Shown: positions 48,493 through 61,478 of the stretch, piece after piece
How the letters are laid out: each line of letters begins with the position of its first letter
Position numbering within the stretch: the stretch's first letter is position 1
DNA from: Schizosaccharomyces osmophilus
Lineage: Eukaryota
Length of the DNA: 64,000 nucleotides
NCBI RefSeq assembly: GCF_027921745.1
Contig: NC_079239.1
Span: forward strand, 1,364,001 to 1,428,000
Reading direction: 5' to 3'
The notes under the pieces: model-generated
Told to the model about the DNA's origin: nothing
Databases searched by the model: none
The model's input: the letters and a program-made list of their open reading frames with translations, nothing else
Program-made: the position numbers and the translations under genes

Positions 48493-49803
48493 TTAAGAAG
48501 GGACCAAATCTTTTACCCATTTAATTTTTTCAGTGTTCGGAGGAGCTAGTTCCCAAATGTCTTGAGCGAATTTTGAATATTTTTGTTGAAGGCACAAAGA
48601 CATAGCAATTGCCATAGTCTGAGCGGTAGGTAAAAGATTTATTTCTCTCATTTCACGTAACAAAACCGGTATTTTTTCTACTTGTTTCAATTCAACGTAA
48701 AGTCGGAGACGTTCATGGAAGGCCTGAATCGCAGGAGGCCAAGGAATTTTTGATTTGTAGAATGCCCAGTAAAAATCAGCAGAAGACACATCGTGCAATT
48801 GTCTGAGAATAAAAAGTACGGTGATTAATGATCGAGAGGTGACCTCACAACATTGACCAGGCAATGTAGGATGAGGTTCTTGAATAGGATATTGCATTGG
48901 CGCGTCCACCTGTTGTTGTAGGATTCTTAGGGCTAGAAATTTGTTGCTCTCATGCTTAGCAGTACACAAAATTTTTGCATAAGAGCAGAGTAGGTCTTCA
49001 TGGATTACAAACTCATTATCTTTATATTTTGAGACTGTGAACTCCCACAAATCGCGAGCAAACTTGTGCATTTCCTCGAACCGATCAGGCTGCATTTCAG
49101 CAATATCAAGATATAAATACATAACTTTTGAGGCAATTGAGGAATCCAATTTTGTTTTTGGTTGCAAGAGGATATCGTTTGCAAACTCGACATCCTTAAG
49201 TTTCAAACAGCATTGAGCCAATATATTGATATGAATCGTGTTTGGAGATACCGTCGAATTAGATCGATAAAGATTTTCGTATACTTTCTTTATTAATTCA
49301 GATAGCTTCTTCTTACTGGCAGCTTCATCGTTCACCAGTATAGAGTATAGTCCTTGTAACAGAATTGTGTAAGTAAATTCATTCGGCATCTGCATTGACT
49401 TTTTCATCATATTGTACAAGGACCAAGCAGAGTTGTATTCGCCCTTCCTCAAATGATATCCCAACAAGTGATTGTATGCGACAGTTTTTGGTGCCAATGA
49501 CTTTTTCACAAGTAAATCTAGTGCGGCTTTTGGCTGTTCGCCTTTTGTTAACTTGGCAACTTTCTGAGCTAGTATATAGCTTTCATTTCGTATATTGAAA
49601 TCATCTTTTGACTTCTTTGTTTGGCGTATATGTTGTTTGTCGGAACCTTGCTCTGAATCCAACTTCTCTTGGCGTTTTCGAGCTACTTTTGTAGCATTGC
49701 TGACTTGTGTAACTACTGCCGTATGAAATGTCTGAACTCTCCCAAAATTCGACACATTTTTTGCAAAATTTCTCGAACGTCGCAGAAAAATAGGTAAGTG
49801 CAT
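48493..49803 (-). CDS. ppr2: Mitochondrial PPR protein
   Basis: Basic presequence; PPR motif VAYNHLLGYHLRKGEYNSAWSLYNMMKKSMQMPNEFTYTILL. Symbol from synteny. Confidence 0.82.
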   Translation of the reverse strand: MHLPIFLRRSRNFAKNVSNFGRVQTFHTAVVTQVSNATKVARKRQEKLDSEQGSDKQHIRQTKKSKDDFNIRNESYILAQKVAKLTKGEQPKAALDLLVKKSLAPKTVAYNHLLGYHLRKGEYNSAWSLYNMMKKSMQMPNEFTYTILLQGLYSILVNDEAASKKKLSELIKKVYENLYRSNSTVSPNTIHINILAQCCLKLKDVEFANDILLQPKTKLDSSIASKVMYLYLDIAEMQPDRFEEMHKFARDLWEFTVSKYKDNEFVIHEDLLCSYAKILCTAKHESNKFLALRILQQQVDAPMQYPIQEPHPTLPGQCCEVTSRSLITVLFILRQLHDVSSADFYWAFYKSKIPWPPAIQAFHERLRLYVELKQVEKIPVLLREMREINLLPTAQTMAIAMSLCLQQKYSKFAQDIWELAPPNTEKIKWVKDLVPS

Positions 49804-49995
49804 CTGAAGGAATACTAATGGAACGCACAAGCCTACTATAGTCGAAACTGTGTTCCTACATCAAAAATACCAATGCTTGGAAACCCGGAAGCTCATGATT
49901 ATATTTATACAGCATTCAAATGCTTTTTACAAAATTAATTTACATACAAATAGAAGTAAGAAAAGATATAGTTATTTTGAACATCTACACCAAAA

Positions 49996-51033
49996 TTAAA
50001 GCATCTTTCTAACAAGAGTGTTAATGTGCTCATCACGCTTACCAGTATCACCTCCCTCGATGAAGTGGGTGAACTTGCGAGCTCTGAAACCACCCAAAGG
50101 AGAAGAGAGCTGGAAGGGCCAGACGAAGTTGGAAGCTTGCTTGAAGTTAGGGCCAACAGTGTAAATTTCGTGAATCAAATCCTCAATAGACATGATAGAG
50201 TACTTGCCCAAGTTCTCTTCAATGAGGGAGTTACCAGTAAGAGCAATACGTTGCTTGTTGATCTTTCCGAAACCGCGCTTGTACATCAAATCACGAACAG
50301 TCTTCAAGTTGGGACTACCATAGGTAACATAAGGCTCGACGACTTGAAGCATTTCCTTGGTGGCCTTGTTGAACTTAACGAAAACACCGTTGTTGATTTG
50401 GATTAAACGCAAGAGTTGCATGATCTTACGAGCCTTAGGGGGGATGTTGTTGACACCACGAAGACGGATAACGAAGATCAACTTGGGTTCTTCAGGGACA
50501 TAGAAGTTGCCCTCGGCACGAGCCTTACGACCAAGTTCAATTTGCTCACGCTCAGCCTTACGGTATTCGGCATCATAAGCTTCAGCACGCTTGGCGATGA
50601 GTTCACGCTTCTTTTGGCGAAGCTAGATTAATGTTAGTTATAAGCTCAGCAAGGAAAAAATAACGAGTAAAAAGTAAAGATACAAAAGGGAATAAGAAAA
50701 ACAAAGTCAGTCCCGAAAGATGGTATACTGGAAGCACATCGCAGCGCTAGCTCTCCAAAAAAATTTTGTCATCATACTGTTTTTCCCTGTAAAACAAAAG
50801 TTTTTACTTATTTTTCATAATAAGTAAAAACATATTTCGCTTCACATTACACTTTTGATTCATTACTTTCAAGCAAATTTTTGGTTTTGCAAATATGTAC
50901 TTACACCTTTCTTTTCAGCAGCAGCAGCAACACGTTGTTCACGAGATTGCTCCTGTGTCTTCTTCTTCTTCAAAAGAGACTCGGGAGCAAAGATTTGCTC
51001 CTTGGAAGGGACCGTTGACGATGCTACAGCCAT
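49996..51033 (-). CDS. rpl7: 60S ribosomal protein L7 (uL30); exons 51033-50905, 50622-49996
   Basis: [53 protein letters not shown]; 282-nt intron. Confidence 0.97.
50703..50779 (-). ncRNA. Intronic box C/D snoRNA, snR39B/SNORD2-like
   Basis: Box C ATGATGA (50775-50769), box D CTGA (50710-50707), guide TACCATCTTTCGGGA complementary to LSU rRNA CCCGAAAGAUGGU. Confidence 0.9.
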
Positions 51034-51096
51034 GATGGTGGATGTCTGGTGTTGAAGTTTGGTTTCCAAGTCAAAGAACACAAGTTTCTTCGAGAG

Positions 51097-51130
51097 CAGT
51101 CACAAATGTTGGACTCGAAAATTGTGACTG
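51097..51130. promoter_or_regulatory. Two inverted HomolD boxes (CAGTCACA 51097-51104, TGTGACTG 51123-51130) in the rpl7/rps14 bidirectional promoter
   Basis: Exact consensus matches between two divergent ribosomal-protein genes. Confidence 0.88.
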
Positions 51131-51210
51131 TTTCTTGGACATGGTAACACGGAAATTTACAGAGAAAAAAAAACAAGTTGTTGTAAAGTATCCGGAACCA
51201 ACCACAAAAA

Positions 51211-51630
51211 ATGGCTACCAACGTTGGCCCTCAAATCCGCTCTGGAGAGCTCGTCTTTGGCGTTGCTCACATCTACGCCTCTTTCAACGATACCTTCGTT
51301 CATATCACTGATTTGACCGGTAAGGAAACCATCACCCGTGTTACTGGTGGTATGAAGGTCAAGACCGACCGTGATGAGTCTTCTCCTTACGCTGCCATGT
51401 TGGCCGCTCAAGACGCTGCTGTCAAGTGCAAGGAAGTTGGTGTCACCGCTCTTCACATTAAGATCCGTGCTACCGGTGGTACTGCTACCAAGACTCCTGG
51501 CCCTGGTGCTCAAGCCGCTTTGCGTGCTTTGGCTCGTGCTGGTATGCGTATTGGCCGTATCGAAGACGTTACTCCCATCCCTACCGACTCTACTCGTAGA
51601 AAGGGTGGTCGCCGTGGTCGCAGACTTTAA
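51211..51630 (+). CDS. rps14: 40S ribosomal protein S14 (uS11)
   Basis: [40 protein letters not shown]. Confidence 0.98.
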   Translation: MATNVGPQIRSGELVFGVAHIYASFNDTFVHITDLTGKETITRVTGGMKVKTDRDESSPYAAMLAAQDAAVKCKEVGVTALHIKIRATGGTATKTPGPGAQAALRALARAGMRIGRIEDVTPIPTDSTRRKGGRRGRRL

Positions 51631-52660
51631 ATATGTTTGGGGTTCTGGGACTTTTGGATTGTTACTATCAAATCTTTTGTGTATATGCTCCATTCCTCTT
51701 GTAACACTGTTACAAAAGGGTACCGACTGATTTGATAGTAGGTATTCACACAATAAAATAAGGTATCGAAATCCTTTCTTATGATATCGTTCGAATATGC
51801 AATGTTTAGTAGTATCACAAAAGTAGTTTAAGGCCACAAAAGTAAATATCGTACTATGCTCTTCTAACTTGGGATGTGTTTTGCAAGTATTAAGGACGCA
51901 ATTTGAGTGGAACTGAATTAATGGTATTTCTTGTGTATAATTTGCAGAAATGTATGTGTAAGCGACTGGATGAAAGTTGCGTGCGCGTTTTAACAGGTTC
52001 GTCGTTACGAACATCTTCTTCGATAATTATAAATGATGTACTTTATACTTTTGCTAGTTAGTCCTATTTGTTTTGAATACATATACATGAGAGATTTCAT
52101 TCAACCCGATTTACCAAGTTTCAGTGGGACTTGTCTACTTTTGTTTATTTATGTACCTCTACCTGTTCTTTCTAAAAAGTGATTCTCAGAGTTTCGCTAG
52201 AAATAAAGGGAAATTAAAAGTATGAAGTAATAAATAACAAAAAAAACCAGTACCAGCTAAACTTCCATCAGAATTGTTGATATTATAGGAGTCATCTGTA
52301 ATGAACATAAATAAACCAGGTAATCGTAGCGACCTTATAATTTTGTACACTTTACAGCACAGGAAACATTTAAAGAAGCTCACAATTTCATTATATTCCT
52401 AAGTTAACTATTACCAATTATTTTACACGGTACAAAGACGAAAGACAATATTGACTTCAGGATACTAGTAAACGATGTCGAGAAAATAAACATTCAACAA
52501 GAAACAAAACAATTAGTTCAAGTTAATCAAAGTAGCAAGATAGTGAAATTCAAAGGTCTCAATGCCACTTAATTTTTCTCCGTATTTTAAACGTAAACAA
52601 AAACATTCATTTCAAATTATTTCTTTGAAGATGTTTACACTAAACCTCACTATGCACATT

Positions 52661-52707
52661 ACCGAACCCTAAGCAAAATTTGTACGCGCAAAAATAAATC
52701 GTGACTG
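52661..52707. promoter_or_regulatory. HomolE-like (ACCGAACCCT) and HomolD-like (CGTGACTG 52700-52707) boxes upstream of rps16
   Basis: About 80-125 bp upstream of the ATG. CGTGACTG also lies upstream of sce3 at 37545-37552. Confidence 0.6.
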
Positions 52708-52786
52708 CTTTTAAGAGTGGGTCCCAAAGTCGAAACTTTTCTGTTTCAGCGGTTCACCACAGAAGAACCACCATCCACGAGCCAAT

Positions 52787-53291
52787 ATGCAGTCAGTTCA
52801 GTGCTTTGGAAAGAAAGGCAATGCCACGGCTGTCGCTCACTGCAAGGCCGGTAAGGGTTTGATCAAGGTTAACGGAGCCCCTCTCTCCCTCGTTCAACCC
52901 GAAATTTTGCGTATGAAGGTTTATGAGCCCATCTTGGTTGCTGGCGCCGATAAGTTCGCTGGCGTTGACATTCGTGTCCGCGTTTCCGGTGGTGGTCAAG
53001 TTTCTCAAATATATGCCATCCGTCAAGCCATTTCCAAGGCTATCGTTGCTTACTACCAAAAGTTTGTTGACGAACACTCCAAGGCTGAACTCAAGAAGGC
53101 CCTCGTCACCTACGACCGTACCTTGTTGGTCGCCGACCCTCGTCGTATGGAGCCCAAGAAGGTAGGTTTTTTGCTAAAGAGCCGACAAATCACCGGATTT
53201 GTCATTCATCAGTATCTTGTTTGTTTACTAACTTTGTATCTAGTTCGGTGGTCACGGTGCTCGTGCTCGTCAACAAAAGTCTTACCGTTAA
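52787..53291 (+). CDS. rps16: 40S ribosomal protein S16 (uS9); exons 52787-53161, 53244-53291
   Basis: Splicing restores the conserved [25 protein letters not shown] end. Confidence 0.97.
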
Positions 53292-53731
53292 AATGTGGTT
53301 GGCTTTGTTCATTATGTATCTATACAATTGATTCTCCTTCCTTACCACATAATAGGGTTTATTTTTGGTATAATTTATAAAGCCATTAGGAACTATCATT
53401 GTAAGAAGTGATAATCTAAAGTAGTCTATGCAGTGTTGCAAAGTCTAAGTTCCATATGTAGCACACTCAATTGCAGTTTCATGTAAAGTGGATGTAAGTG
53501 CATGTCCAGAAATGGAGGAGGTAGAGGTTTCATATGCCACTGTAATGCCTGTTAGGTTTATCCTTGTGTTTGGGTTGATTAGCTATCAAGTTTGAATTAT
53601 CGAAATATCGATTTATATTTCACTACGTACCTACAGTTACACACGGTTTTCGGTCGTGAGTGAATCTCCATTTCTGATCCCTCTACCGTGAGGAATTTTC
53701 GTTTATGTTTAGGAGAAAAAGAAGGTAGAAG

Positions 53732-54990
53732 ATGGCAAAATCAAAATGGGAATCTTTAGAAAATGATCAATTTGCCTCTGAAAATCAAAGGTCTGAACTT
53801 GAATGGAAAAGGAAACGCAAATTGGAAAGAAAGCGGAAACGCGAATTACTGGAAGAAGAAGCAACAAAAGAAGATCAAAATTTAGTCTCTTACAGGTCAT
53901 ATTTATCAGCAAATGTACCCCGTTTGGGGTCCTGCGATGGTATCCAGGATTATGAAATCCTAAACAAAATTGAAGAAGGATCTTATGGAATTGTCTACCG
54001 TGCAAAAGAAAAGTCGACAGAAAAATTAGTAGCTTTGAAGAAAATAAAGTTCGATCCTAATGGGTTTGGTTTTCCCATCACAAGTCTGAGGGAAATCCAT
54101 TCTTTATCCAGTGTTCGGCACGACCATGTGATGGAGCTGAAGAAAGTCGTAGTTGGTAATGATTTGAAAGACATATACTTAGTTATGGAATTTATGGAGC
54201 ATGACTTAAAGTTTCTTCTGGATGATATGCCTGAGGATTTTCTTATATCTGAAGTAAAAACATTAATGCTTCAGTTGCTAGCGTCTACGGCAACCATCCA
54301 TTACCATTGGTATCTCCATCGAGATTTGAAGCCATCAAATTTATTGATGAATAATACAGGGGAGATCAAAGTTGCTGATTTTGGTTTAGCTCGTCCAACG
54401 TCCGAACCAAAATCAAAGTTGACTCGCGTTGTCGTTACTCTTTGGTATCGAGCTCCAGAGCTTTTGTTAGGAACACCAAGTTATGGAAGAGAAATTGACA
54501 TGTGGAGTATAGGTTGTATTTTTGCCGAAATGGTAAATCGCTCTCCACTTTTCCCTGGAAAGAACGAGTTGGATCAATTGCATAAAGTATGTATTTTTTT
54601 ATTCTATATTTTTGATTTAGCTCAATTTTTTTTTGCTAACCGCACTAGATTTTTACTGTCTTAGGGTATCCTGATGAAGAAGATTGGCCCCAGTATCGAC
54701 TACTACCTCATGCCAATAAAATAAAGCTTCCAACAATAAAGACGAAGCCCAGATTACGAGAAGTTGTTAAAAACTTAACAGCTAATGGTTTTGACTTGAT
54801 GGAACGTCTTCTTTCTCTTAATCCAGCGAAGCGCATTTCTGCAAAAGAAGCACTACAGCACCCGTTTTTTTACGAATCTCCTCGACCTAAAGATCCAAAA
54901 TTTTTCCCTACCTTTCCAAGTAAGGCCAAAGGTGAGATGCGAGGTCGGAATTTCATGTCCGCCAATACCTCGCAAGACTCTGTGAAATAA
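53732..54990 (+). CDS. cdk11: CDK11 (PITSLRE) kinase; exons 53732-54586, 54649-54990
   Basis: GFPITSLRE, HRDLKPSN, VVTLWYRAPELLLG, FPTFPSKA. Confidence 0.95.
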
Positions 54991-55652
54991 TTGAGTTTAC
55001 TATTGTAAATCGGTCCTAACAACAGTTGGAAAATGAATTATTAATGAATATTTGGTATGATATTACTGCCAAACCAATATACAGTGATCCACTTGTTTAC
55101 ATACAGATTATGAATTGCTTTGAGAAACAGCAGTAAGATATTTGATTAAATGCTGAGCAAGCTAGGCTGATTGTTTATTACTACTATCTTCTTTTGTTTC
55201 TCCTACGATGTTAATGCCGTTCTTAACGGACAATAGACTGCTTATATAGCTAATTATGATAAATAAGCGTTGAATAAATAGTGCACACAAGTGCTTCTAG
55301 TTAATCGTGGGTTGTTTAACTAAATGTGCAATGTTCTACATTGTGTACATGAATATCATCAAATGAAATAAATAAATTTCACATAAAACAATGCATGATT
55401 GCCTGGGTCTTTTGGACACATACTGAATTAATTATTGTTTACTTATTATTCTCTAATATAATGATCAAAGTTTAAGATACTTGTACTTAAGACTGCGAAA
55501 CCGCCTCGCAGAGATCACTGTTCAGCTGTCCTACCACAATATCTCAAAGTATCAGCATACCAACGTAGAGTACAAGTATCTGTCTGAGACGTGGATTTAA
55601 TTTATACATTCTTCTTTAAATTTGGTCTTTAGCACCTGCTATAGTCAACACA

Positions 55653-58600
55653 ATGGCAAGGTTATTGACGAAATCCACTCAAGTAATCGATTTTCTATCG
55701 GATCAGCTCTCGCGAAGAAGTGCTCGACATTTTTGGGAAACTCAAGAGAACTTGGAATCGTCAAATCCTTTACTGCAAGAACCACCGGAGAATTATAACA
55801 GTCTCAATATCTCAGACTTACCTCCATTATCAAGAAGTGTTACTGTTGCGGAAAATGAACAGTCTGGAGATGCAGTAAAGCTAGGAACTTTCGAAGGCTG
55901 TTTTATACCTACCACTTTAAACGTCTTATCTATTTTACTTTATTTGCGGTTTCCATGGATCGTAGGAGAAGCAGGAGTTTTAAAGACATTGCTGATGCTT
56001 GTTATCAGTTACACCATAGGATTTCTCACAAGTTTGTCGATATCAGCAATCTGCACAAATGGTATGGTACGAGGCGGTGGTGCATACTATGCTGTTTCTA
56101 GGTCTATTGGTCCTGAAATGGGTGGTTCCATCGGCTTCATTTTTTTCGTTGGTCAAATTTTGAATACTGGTATGAACATTTCCGGATTTGTCGAGCCTGT
56201 GATTGGTTTGGTTGGAAAAAATTCTGGCACGATTCTTAAACTTATTCCAGAAGGATTTTGGTGGAACTTTGCTTATACTACTGTCGTGTTAATCCTTTGT
56301 TGCAGTTTGTGTTGCTTAGGTTCTGCGACATTCGCAAGAGCATCGAATGCACTGTTTATACTCATTATCCTCTCTACCATATCCATCCCCATTTCAGCTA
56401 TGTTAGTCCGCCCATTCAAGAATCCTAGTCTAGATCTTTATTTTACAGGTTTAAAGTTATCTACCTTTGTTGAGAACCTTCGTTCATCCTATACAAAAGA
56501 CTTGAATTCAAATCTCCAAGAATCATTTAAAAGTACCTTCGGTGTTTTCTTTCCTGCGACTGCTGGTTTATTAGCTGGCGCGAGTATGTCCGGTGATCTG
56601 AAGGCTCCTTCTCGTGCAATCCCCAAAGGAACCCTTACTTCTCTGTTCACGACATTCCTTTTATACCTTACTGTTATTCTTTGCATCGGTGCATCCGTTA
56701 CTCGATCCGGTCTTTTGTTTGACATGGAAGTGCTTGAACATATTAGTTTGCATCCTTTACTTATTATTTCGGGCATACTAGCTAGTGGAGCGTTTAGTTC
56801 TTTTATGGGTATATTCGGCGCCGCTAAGTTACTTCAAGCTATCGCCCGTGACGACCTGATTCCTGGCTTATTTTTATTTGCCAAAGGATCTGAACAACAA
56901 GACATACCGTTTCGAGCCATCTTCCTAACGTATGCGATTACTCAACTTAGTCTTTACTGGGACATAAACATGCTTTCTTCAATGATAACAATGACTTTTC
57001 TCTTGACCTTTGGATTTATTAACCTGGCCTGTCTATTATTAAGATTGAGCAGCACTCCCAACTTTCGTCCTACCTTTTCATTTTTCAATCGGTTTACTAC
57101 CGGATTCGGCTGCGCTTTGTCATTTGGTATCATGTTTTATATTGACCGAATAAACGCGTTTGCCTCATTCTTAATTGCAGGATTACTAATCTTTGTCATT
57201 TACTTCACAAGTCCTCCGAAAAACTGGGGAGATGTTTCGCAAGGAATAATTTATCACCAACTTCGAAAATATCTTCTGCATACCAACAAAACAAAAGAGA
57301 ATATAAAGTATTGGCGCCCACAGATTCTATTGCTCGTTAACAATCCAAACCGCTCAGAGAATATAATCCGTTTTTGCAATTCTTTAAAAAAAGGTAAGTT
57401 GATACACAGTTCTTAAATATACTAACCTTCCAGGGTCTCTTTACATTTTAGGGCATGTAATTGTCTCTAAGGATTTTCAAGCCAGTATGGAAGAATTGCG
57501 AAAGCAGCAGCAACTTTGGCACGAGTTCATACTTAAGAGAGATATCAAAGGGTTTGTTGATCTTACTGTTGCACCCGACGAAGTATGGGGGATTCGTGGC
57601 CTTATTTCATCCGCTGGGCTGGGTGGTATACGCCCGAATATTGCCGTACTTACTTTTATTAATACAAGATACAAAAAGGTTGATGCGGCCAAACACAAAG
57701 CCCTTAAAGATGATGACGACTCTTCAAGTATGAGAGATATGTCGGATTCCCACATTGCTGAGCATGCGATTTTACCAGTCAAGTGGGTTCAGATTTTGGA
57801 AGACATTCTTGCCGGTCTTGTTGATGTGATGGTGACTTATGGATTTGATCGACTGCAATGGCCCCAGACAAAGGGAACAAAACGATACATTGATATGTTT
57901 CCCGTGCACATGGCATCAAATTTGGAGTCACATACGAATAGAACGAGGCCTTTGTATGCTACAAATTTAGAGACTTACACAATGGTTTTCCAATTAAGCT
58001 GGATATTACACACATCACCCGAGTGGAAACAAGGATGCACATTACGGCTGCTTACTATTGTTGAGCACGAAAATGAAATTGAAGCTGAAAAACGAAGTTT
58101 GGAACAATTGCTAGAGACATTCCGGATGAAAGCTGAAGTGAAAGTCTTATGTCTTTCTTTGAGCAATTTGGATGCTTATAGGTATATTTTAAAGAATGAG
58201 CCCATTTCACCTGAAAAATCTGCCGATATCGAAGTCATGCTGAACGATGATCCATGGTGGAATGATCTTTCACGACACCGCAATAATTCGACGGCTTTCT
58301 CGAGGAATAACATAATCCATCGCAAACAATCTGATTTTAGTTTTGGGCCATCTAGTGCTCGACAACGAAGTGCTCCACCGTTGAGCATTCCTTTAAGTTT
58401 CCGACTTGGTCAATCCCTAAAACAAGCTCACCCTTTTAGTCAACCTTCCTCCGTGGACGATGAAGACGGCGCACCTCCTAAAGCTCATCGATATTACTCT
58501 GATAATACCCTTGAGACACCTTATGATGTACGATCGCAATCATCCAATTCCAGCGATGACCAAAGCATGGAAAATCAAAAAGAAAGTCCAGATATGGACG

Positions 58601-58842
58601 CTAATTTTACCTTTAATGATCTTTCTTCAAGAGCCCAGTATATTATTATGAATGAAATGATCAAGGAGCACACAAAAGAGACGGCGGTACTGTTTACTGT
58701 TTTACCTGCACCTCATGCCAAAACATATCAGAATTTTACTAAGTCAGAACAGTACGTGGATGATTTGCTTATCTTCATGAAGGGCCTACCTCCTTGTGGA
58801 TTAATCCATTCTAAAAGCCTTACTATTACAACGGCACTATAG
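55653..58842 (+). CDS. vhc1: SLC12 cation-chloride cotransporter family protein (Vhc1-like; locus historically called can1); exons 55653-57393, 57434-58842
   Basis: KLGTFEGCFIPT, GMVRGGGAYY, FGVFFPATAG, GDLKAPSRAIPKGT, PNFRPTF, WGDVSQ, WRPQILLL, TITTAL. Confidence 0.9.
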
Positions 58843-59093
58843 ATTTTTTGGCTGATTTGTACTGGAACGCTGTACTATATTTATTCATGAATTAATTATT
58901 TATTTTTTATTTTCCTACGTAAACAGGGTAACTGGACATGTATGTAGAAAACATAAAAGGCTGGTAGGGTCAAGTCCAAAACGAAAAAGGGTAGAGATGG
59001 GAAAAATAAAAGGTATATGAAATAGAACACAACAAGATAGAAAGAGGAAAAAAATCGATATTTTTGCAAGTGTATGTGGAGCACGGAAAGTCA

Positions 59094-59654
59094 TTAGGCA
59101 TTTGCCGTTGTGTCGATGCTTTTGATAGCAGAAGAAGAGGAAGGGTACGAGGGCCGGAAACCGCGTGTGGTTGTAATTCGTTTGGAGTCCATTTTAACAG
59201 ATTCAGGCCAATCCGCATATTCACTGTCTGTCTGATCTTTCCACTGAATATTGACGGATCCATTTGAAAGTTCTTTGTTTCTAAGAATGTCGGCCAAATC
59301 AGCAATTGTGTTGGGGACCTGTTGTTGCATCAATAAACGGTTTCTTTGAGATACGGGCATAGCCAAAAATTCCTTGCTTAATGGTTGAACGGACCGATAT
59401 CGACGATAATTGAGTAATTTAGACACCACAGATGTAACAACTTGATCATTTTCGAAATCCGCCTTCAAAATTGGAACCCAGTGATCCTTTCGAATCCTTG
59501 CAGGGCGCATTCCATAAGGAGCTGTTCCTTGTTCTTTCCTTGCGAATGGTAATTGAAACAATTGTGTTGGCTTCAAAACCTGTTTCATGGAACACAAAAC
59601 TTGGTTTGATTGTATATGTCGAAATAAATACAGGGATTTGGGTACAAAATTCAT
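59094..59654 (-). CDS. mhr1: Mitochondrial Mhr1 (mL67) family protein
   Basis: LYLFRHIQSNQVLCS, PARIRKDHWVP, NTIADLADIL. Confidence 0.85.
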   Translation of the reverse strand: MNFVPKSLYLFRHIQSNQVLCSMKQVLKPTQLFQLPFARKEQGTAPYGMRPARIRKDHWVPILKADFENDQVVTSVVSKLLNYRRYRSVQPLSKEFLAMPVSQRNRLLMQQQVPNTIADLADILRNKELSNGSVNIQWKDQTDSEYADWPESVKMDSKRITTTRGFRPSYPSSSSAIKSIDTTANA

Positions 59655-59876
59655 TTTTGAGGTTTCTTACGGCCTGCTAGGTACGCGCACTGTCTTAACA
59701 AGATGCGAATCGAGTCTAATGCATTCTGTGAATCTTCGGTAACAATTTCCGGCGTTAGACGTTAGGTCACCGAGTTCTCCGATACACAAGGTTGTTAGTA
59801 AAAATAAAACAGAAAGTTTGGTAAGAGCATATCTCAATTGTAACGAAAAACGTAGGAGTTTTTTAGCCATGTTAGA

Positions 59877-61478
59877 ATGTTTCATGATGGGCAAGGAAAT
59901 TTCCGAGTTTCGGTGCTTAAATCAGTTCAAATAAGAAACATTCAGGATCAGCGTACTTTGCATGCTTTGACAATAGACAGTGCGCAGGATTTATGGAAGC
60001 GTCAAGAGCAGTTAAAGTATGCAATTTCACAAGGAATGCTTTATGTCTTTTTGTCAATTCATATTCCATGTGTGAGTCTACCTGTTTATATTTCTGAATG
60101 TAGCGAAAACGCAGTAAGTAGTGTTTATTTGGTTTTTTTTTTTTCAACGTAAAAAAATAACTAGGTTTTTCTAACTTCTTCTATCTGTAGAACCACGTTT
60201 TTTATATAGACGAGAAGGTACGCCGTAAGGTTTTCCAGAAATATCAAAATCCCTCTTCGTTTACTCTTCGAAGCTGGTGCTCATCGAACGCTGAGGGACC
60301 CTTTCATCTGCATCGAGAATGGAAGATTCAAAGAGGACGTCGAGATTTTCTGCGGATCGGCAATGATGTAAGTAGAATGAAAAAGAATCGACAATATCTC
60401 ATAAAACCTCTTCACTATGACTATCGTTCGTTTCTTTCAACTAGTTGTAAGGTCATTTACTAATGTTTAGCCTATTTCCGCTGTATGCGAAATTCGCAAT
60501 GGCCTAGTATGCGACTTTGCAGACGGCGTGTATGTTTATACGGACCAGCAAATTGATGATACCAAAGAGAGTTTTCATAAAAGTATGTCCGCATTATCCT
60601 TGGATCGGCGGAAAGATGCGTATTCATCACAGGCCTTACTACGTATCCTCAATCTCTCCCAATGTATAAATGAGCTTGAGCTTACACAAAAGAAAATTCG
60701 TAAAGATTTAGTTACGGATGAGACTCAGGTTCTAAGACAAAGCCATAGTGTAAAGTCTACCTATAGTAAAAGGCTTTTTTTTCACTCTCAGTTGCAACAC
60801 CGCCTTTCTAAGTATTTATTTGCATTTCACAAACTAAGAGATGATTTTGAAAAGAAAAAAGACCAAGTTGCACAAATGCACTCTCAATTGAACGTGCATC
60901 AGGCATTCTTAAAGCAGCAGGACGATCGGTATCAGGAAGCTTATGCTCAAGTAAAAGCGCAGTGGGAAACAAATTTGCAAGTTCGGGTTCTCATTGCTCA
61001 CGCGACCCGATCTCATATCAAACAGCTTTGTGCTGTTTATCCTATTCAGACAATTGATGATCAGGTGCGCTTATTTACAATCCGTAATCTTCGATTTTCT
61101 CTGCTTCCAAATTCAGTTCCTCCGGCTGAATTGGCTGCTGCAATAGGCTTTCTGGCCCACTTAACATTCAATATTTCTCAATATTTGGAGTACGACTTTC
61201 CTTATCCTGTCTCGCCAATGAGTTCAAGATCAACGATATTAGATCCTCTTTCTCCGGACTTAATGAACCGTTCCTTTCCTTTATATCCTGCTGCACGAGC
61301 TCTCCACGCATTTCAGCATGCTCTCTATCTACTTAACCAAAATATGATATTCCTTTTAGCTCATTATGGTTTACCTAACGATCAACCCTCAAATATAATG
61401 GCTAACTGTGAAAAGCTTCTACAGTTCGTTCTTTCCGGACAGCATCTTTCTTTTGTACAAGTTACGTCTGTTTTATAA
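59877..61478 (+). CDS. vps38: PI3K complex subunit Vps38/UVRAG (Atg14-type domain); exons 59877-60113, 60191-60367, 60471-61478
   Basis: Coiled coil followed by AAAIGFLAHL...PYPVSPMSSRSTILD...FPLY...FQHALYLLNQN; canonical introns. Confidence 0.85.

Noticed and set aside
52393..52401. ATATTCCTA, matching the snR30/U17 m1 motif
   Set aside because: No partner AAACCAT motif or terminal hairpin-ACA nearby; likely chance in AT-rich DNA.
53162..53380. Hydrophobic C-terminal extension of Rps16 in the ORF track
   Set aside because: Read-through of an intron; splicing restores the canonical C-terminus.
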